From: Azolla caroliniana
Lineage: Eukaryota; Plantae; Polypodiophyta
Direction of reading: 5' to 3'
Assembly: GCA_043228905.1 (NCBI GenBank)
Contig: JBHGNT010000004.1
Coordinates: 18,228,001-18,292,000 of the forward strand
Length of the DNA stretch: 64,000 bases
Positions 61,001-64,000 of this stretch are shown piece after piece. The stretch's first letter is position 1, and the number at the start of each line of letters is the position of its first letter. Made by a program: the position numbers and the translations under genes. The notes below the pieces were generated by a model. It searched no databases. It was not told the origin of the DNA and saw nothing but the letters and a program-made list of their open reading frames with translations.

Positions 61001-63339
61001 ATGATACCGGAACCGGCCCCGATCCCGAAATCGATTCGGATGAAGAAGAATCGGAAGAACCGGTTACCGAAGCTCCGGAACGGAGATATCCTCTAAGAGA
61101 GAGAAGGGCCCCCCGGAGATTTCCGGAACCGGAGCACGTGCTGCTAACCGACGAGGGGGAGCCGGAGAGCTTTGAAGAAGCAAAGCATGACACCCAGAGC
61201 CGCAGGTGGTTAAGTGCCATGCAAGACGAGATGGATTCCCTGCATGAGAACCACACATATGAACTTGTGGAGTTGCCGAAAGGAAAGCGGGCACTTCGAA
61301 ACAAGTGGGTGTTCAAGCTGAAACCGGGAGATGCCGGAAACCCCCCGAGATACAAAGCCAGGATCGTGGTGAAGGGGTTTCAGCAGAAGAAGGGCGTCGA
61401 CTTCGACGAGATATTTGCCCCGGTAGTGAAGATGACATCCATCCGAACGGTGCTGAGCATAGCGGCAAGCATGAACCTCGAGGTAGAACAGATGGACGTG
61501 AAGACGGCATTCCTTCACGGTGACCTCGAAGAAGAGATCTACATGCAGCAACCGGAAGGATTTGAGAAGAAAGGGAAGGAGCACCTGGTATGCCGGTTAA
61601 AGAAGAGCCTTTACGGACTGAAGCAGGCTCCCCGGCAATGGTACCGGAAGTTCGATTCTTTCATGACCGACGAGGGGTACCTCAAAACGCAGTCCGACCA
61701 CTGCGTGTTTGTGAAGAAGTTCGAAGGAGGAGACTTTCTAATACTCCTCCTGTACGTGGACGACATGTTGATCGTCGGACGAGACCAGGTCAAGATACGG
61801 ATGCTGAAGAAGGCTCTTCACCGAACCTTCTCAATGAAGGACCTGGGTCCGGCGAGGCAAATACTAGGGATGCACATCATCCGGGACCGGAAGAAGAAGC
61901 AGTTGTGGCTGTCACAAGAGAAGTACGTGACAAAGGTGCTTCACCGGTTCAACATGTCGGAAGCAAGACCGGTCGGGTCAACACTCCCGGCAAACTGCAA
62001 GCTGTCCAGCAAGCAGAGCCCCAAGACAAAGGCTGAGAAGGAGGACATGATGAAAGTACCATATGCCTCTGCCGTCGGGAGCTTGATGTACGCAATGGTG
62101 TGTACCCGACCGGACATCGGATATGCAGTCGGAGTGGTGAGTCGGTACATGAGCAATCCCGGCAAAGAGCACTGGAACGCGGTCAAGTGGATACTCCGAT
62201 ACCTGAAGAGCACGGCAAACGTGAGCCTCCGATTCGGCTCCGGTAAGCCCGAACTCGACGGCTTTACCGATTCGGATATGTCGGCTGATGCAGATACCAG
62301 CCGGTCCACATCAGGGTATGTGATGACGTATGCAGGTGGAGCTGTTTCGTGGCAGTCGAGGCTGCAGAAGACGGTTGCATTGTCAACCACGGAGGCGGAG
62401 TACATGGCGGCTGTTGAAGCCGGCAAGGAAATGATATGGATGAAGGACTTCATTAGAGAGCTCGGTATCCGGCAGGAGGAGTACCGACTCTACTGCGACA
62501 GTCAGAGTGCCATCCACCTTGCGAAGAACGCGGCCCATCACTCCCGGACGAAGCACATCCAGCGAAGATATCACTGGATCCGGGAAAGGATAGAAGACCA
62601 GGAGTTCGTGCTTACGAAGATCCACACGGACGAGAACGGGTCGGATATGCTGACCAAGGTACTCACACCCGACAAGCTGGAGGCATGCCGGAAGAGGATC
62701 GGATTGGAGAGACATCCCATGCCGAAGTGAAGGGGGAGTTTGTTGGGATTTCGGTCCCTACGGATGGGATGTCCGGAGATGAACGACGGCAATCCCGGTT
62801 ACGGTTACGGTCCCGGCTACGGAGCCGGATGATGAAGACCCCGGCTACGGAGCCGGATGATGAATGTACCCGGGGCGAGATCCGGATGCGGGGACATACT
62901 TGTGAATATGTTCGCCAAGGGCCCTTTGAGGCTATATTTGTAAATAGCCCGAAAGTCATATGCGTATAAATATGACTTAGGGCAAACAGTTTTATGTTGC
63001 TGCTCATTTTTATGTTTTCAGTTGAGAGAGCGAAGTGAGAGCAGTAGAGAGAGAGAGAGAGAGAGAAAGAAACGAAGAGGTCGACGCCTCTGTGTATTAC
63101 CGCCGCCTGTGGCGAAGACAGTGAGCTCAAGGTTGTTGCCTTGTAGCTACACCATTGTACATCTCTGTGTATAGTGATAGTTGGAGTTTGAGGACTCCCG
63201 TGGTTTTTTTCCATTTAGGGTTTTTCCACGTAAAACACCCTGTGTACTCTTCTCTCTATTGTCTTCGTACATTTTGTATTTCCTGTTTTTCTGTGAGTTG
63301 ATCCTATTCCTCGGTTGTGTCCGAGCACGGTTTTCAACA
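58032..63339 (+). mobile_element. Copia-F: intact, very young Tnt1/Tork-like Ty1/copia; LTRs 58032-58626 and 62741-63339
   Basis: LTRs differ only by two 2-bp indels as far as seen. TSD AAATG, iMet PBS tggtatcagagc at 58630, PPT agggggag, one uninterrupted ORF. Confidence 0.98.
58657..62730 (+). CDS. Gag-Pol polyprotein (Gag, CCHC, protease, integrase, RT, RNase H), 1357 aa
   Basis: CFHCGKPGHFRKNC, WVVDSGAS, HHCC, D-D-E integrase, YVDD, TDSD…EAEY…YCDS. First ATG after the PBS. Confidence 0.97.
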   Translation: MEGGGSGPPGMMVLNSQNYADWKIKMEDLLIVRDLYEPIDNAEIPKGVIESEWKLLNRKAVATIRQYVDVSVLQHVANDTNAYEMWRKLSGLYERKNALNRTSLMRKIVNLKYRDGENMVEHVSTFMGFVNQLAAIKFPLEDAMQAIILMCTLPDSWENLVVTLSTSCTEDNLSLQTVKTSILNEEARRRDKESASDSKALLTESERGRQWNRSPQRREKSGTRSQSRGRPTCFHCGKPGHFRKNCRHYRKDNGAGDTDSKKSPERNGAYRGATDRRGPDRRGQDRKGTTALAASEEEIMLITEEGELNIAGDETTWVVDSGASFHLTPERRYFSSYTVGEHGCVWMGNEGTCRIAGIGDVWLTTPTGCKMLLKDVRHVPEVRLNLISAGRLDDEGYTGSIRNGVMKFSKGSLIVARARKVNTLYLMNAWLCPEELNVAADTAGELWHKRLCHMSEKGMKRLAEDNLIPVKHVHLEKCTDCLAGKQNRTSFHSRPPTRRSAPLELVHTDVCQVETKSHGGAQYFVTFIDDHSRKLWTAPLKTKDQVLSVFKELHARVERESGKKLKAIRADNGGEYRGQFAEYCRSKGIRLEFTVPKTPELNGLAERMNRTIMERVRSMLAHAKLPKGFWAEAMSTATYVINRSPSVPLDGDTPQRVWTGREVSYRHLKVFGCLAYVHVAKDRRGKLDPKTRPCIFLGYGDDEFGYRVWDPVDKKIFRSRDIIFMENKTLADWESEKKMKSSKSTGEDQLYEEQSRPARDRLALEDPAEDGEETEPAEEDENDTGTGPDPEIDSDEEESEEPVTEAPERRYPLRERRAPRRFPEPEHVLLTDEGEPESFEEAKHDTQSRRWLSAMQDEMDSLHENHTYELVELPKGKRALRNKWVFKLKPGDAGNPPRYKARIVVKGFQQKKGVDFDEIFAPVVKMTSIRTVLSIAASMNLEVEQMDVKTAFLHGDLEEEIYMQQPEGFEKKGKEHLVCRLKKSLYGLKQAPRQWYRKFDSFMTDEGYLKTQSDHCVFVKKFEGGDFLILLLYVDDMLIVGRDQVKIRMLKKALHRTFSMKDLGPARQILGMHIIRDRKKKQLWLSQEKYVTKVLHRFNMSEARPVGSTLPANCKLSSKQSPKTKAEKEDMMKVPYASAVGSLMYAMVCTRPDIGYAVGVVSRYMSNPGKEHWNAVKWILRYLKSTANVSLRFGSGKPELDGFTDSDMSADADTSRSTSGYVMTYAGGAVSWQSRLQKTVALSTTEAEYMAAVEAGKEMIWMKDFIRELGIRQEEYRLYCDSQSAIHLAKNAAHHSRTKHIQRRYHWIRERIEDQEFVLTKIHTDENGSDMLTKVLTPDKLEACRKRIGLERHPMPK

Positions 63340-63917
63340 AAATGTTCTGTATCCAGAATCAACATATTGTCGGCATTATAATCTGGCCAAGTGTCCCAAA
63401 AATCAGAAAGTCTTTTGAATCTTGCAACATCTTTTTGCTCATAATTCTCTCGTGTCCACTGACCCTTGAAATGTTGTCGCCACTTCGGGAAGAATCTTTC
63501 TACGCACTTCCACATATCTATATGTGGTTTTTCGCTCCAAATAAACAAATCAAAGTATTGCACAACCCAGTCTAGAAATTGGTTTGCGTCCCTCTTTGGT
63601 GTCATATATCGCACACTCATCAGGACTTTATCAAGCTCCATGATTAAGGCTCTTCTTTCAACTTCTAATGGTTTAGGTTTCCATTCTTGTAACTGAGCCT
63701 CTATTACACCAAGTACTGGTAGCACATGATCAATTTCAATCAACTCAAGTTCTGTCGGCACAATTGGTGTCCTTTTCCTCTTCAAACCCCTGGTCGACTG
63801 TGTTGGGCCTGGCTTCACATTCTGGTGCTCTTGTGTTGTCGACTTAATCATTGGCTCGGTGCATGTAGATACTGATCTGGTCGATATCAGCCCACTAGTA
63901 TCACATGCTGCATCTAC
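63340..63917 (-). pseudogene. Main part of the last exon of an FCP1/NIF-like (CTD-phosphatase-like) HAD-domain gene
   Basis: Acceptor ttttgcag| at 63918. Pattern ALIMELDKVL…KRDANQFLDWVVQYFDLFIWS…FKRLSDFW…YNADNMLILD resembles the NIF domain. KRKR NLS-like motif. Confidence 0.65.
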
Positions 63918-64000
63918 CTGCAAAATCAGATCATTTGTGCAACATGCTTGATCAACTTGCGTGACCAGATCATTTGTGTTAGTTGCTACATCTACTTTCA

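Larger units (their letters stand above)
53338..64000 (+). mobile_element. Putative Sola2-like DNA transposon; left end ~53338, right end not in the window
   Basis: Sharp junction with copia RT, subterminal tandem array, then transposase. No inverted copy of the left end seen downstream. The extent is inferred. Confidence 0.5.

Noticed and set aside
63147-63339. C-terminus of the 258-aa minus-strand ORF
   Set aside because: It is read-through into the LTR of Copia-F; the real continuation is at 58031-57810.

Overview
Eukaryotic, land-plant-like DNA. A non-seed plant is my inference from the transposon families; the species cannot be determined. The first ~6 kb holds the last exon of a CCCH zinc-finger host gene. 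The remaining ~58 kb is a nested transposon island that can be resolved from LTR pairs and target-site duplications (TSDs). It contains Ty1/copia elements of at least two lineages (one intact Tnt1/Tork-like copy at 58032-63339), several Ty3/gypsy elements that are nearly all internally deleted, solo LTRs, and a decayed Sola2-like DNA transposase facing an FCP1/NIF-like HAD-domain gene. Main observations: (1) a tRNA-Trp-primed gypsy family makes 4-bp TSDs, and every readable insertion is centred on a CpG or a plausible deaminated CpG; (2) two LTR types of that family carry an antisense tRNA-like A-box/B-box cassette plus CATGCA arrays, one of them in a very young gag-only element; (3) the DNA transposon appears to carry a CTD-phosphatase-like gene with an altered catalytic motif; (4) one gypsy element has a ~900-codon extra coiled-coil ORF and no RT. 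All alignments were done by eye, and lineage names are from recalled motifs, not searches.
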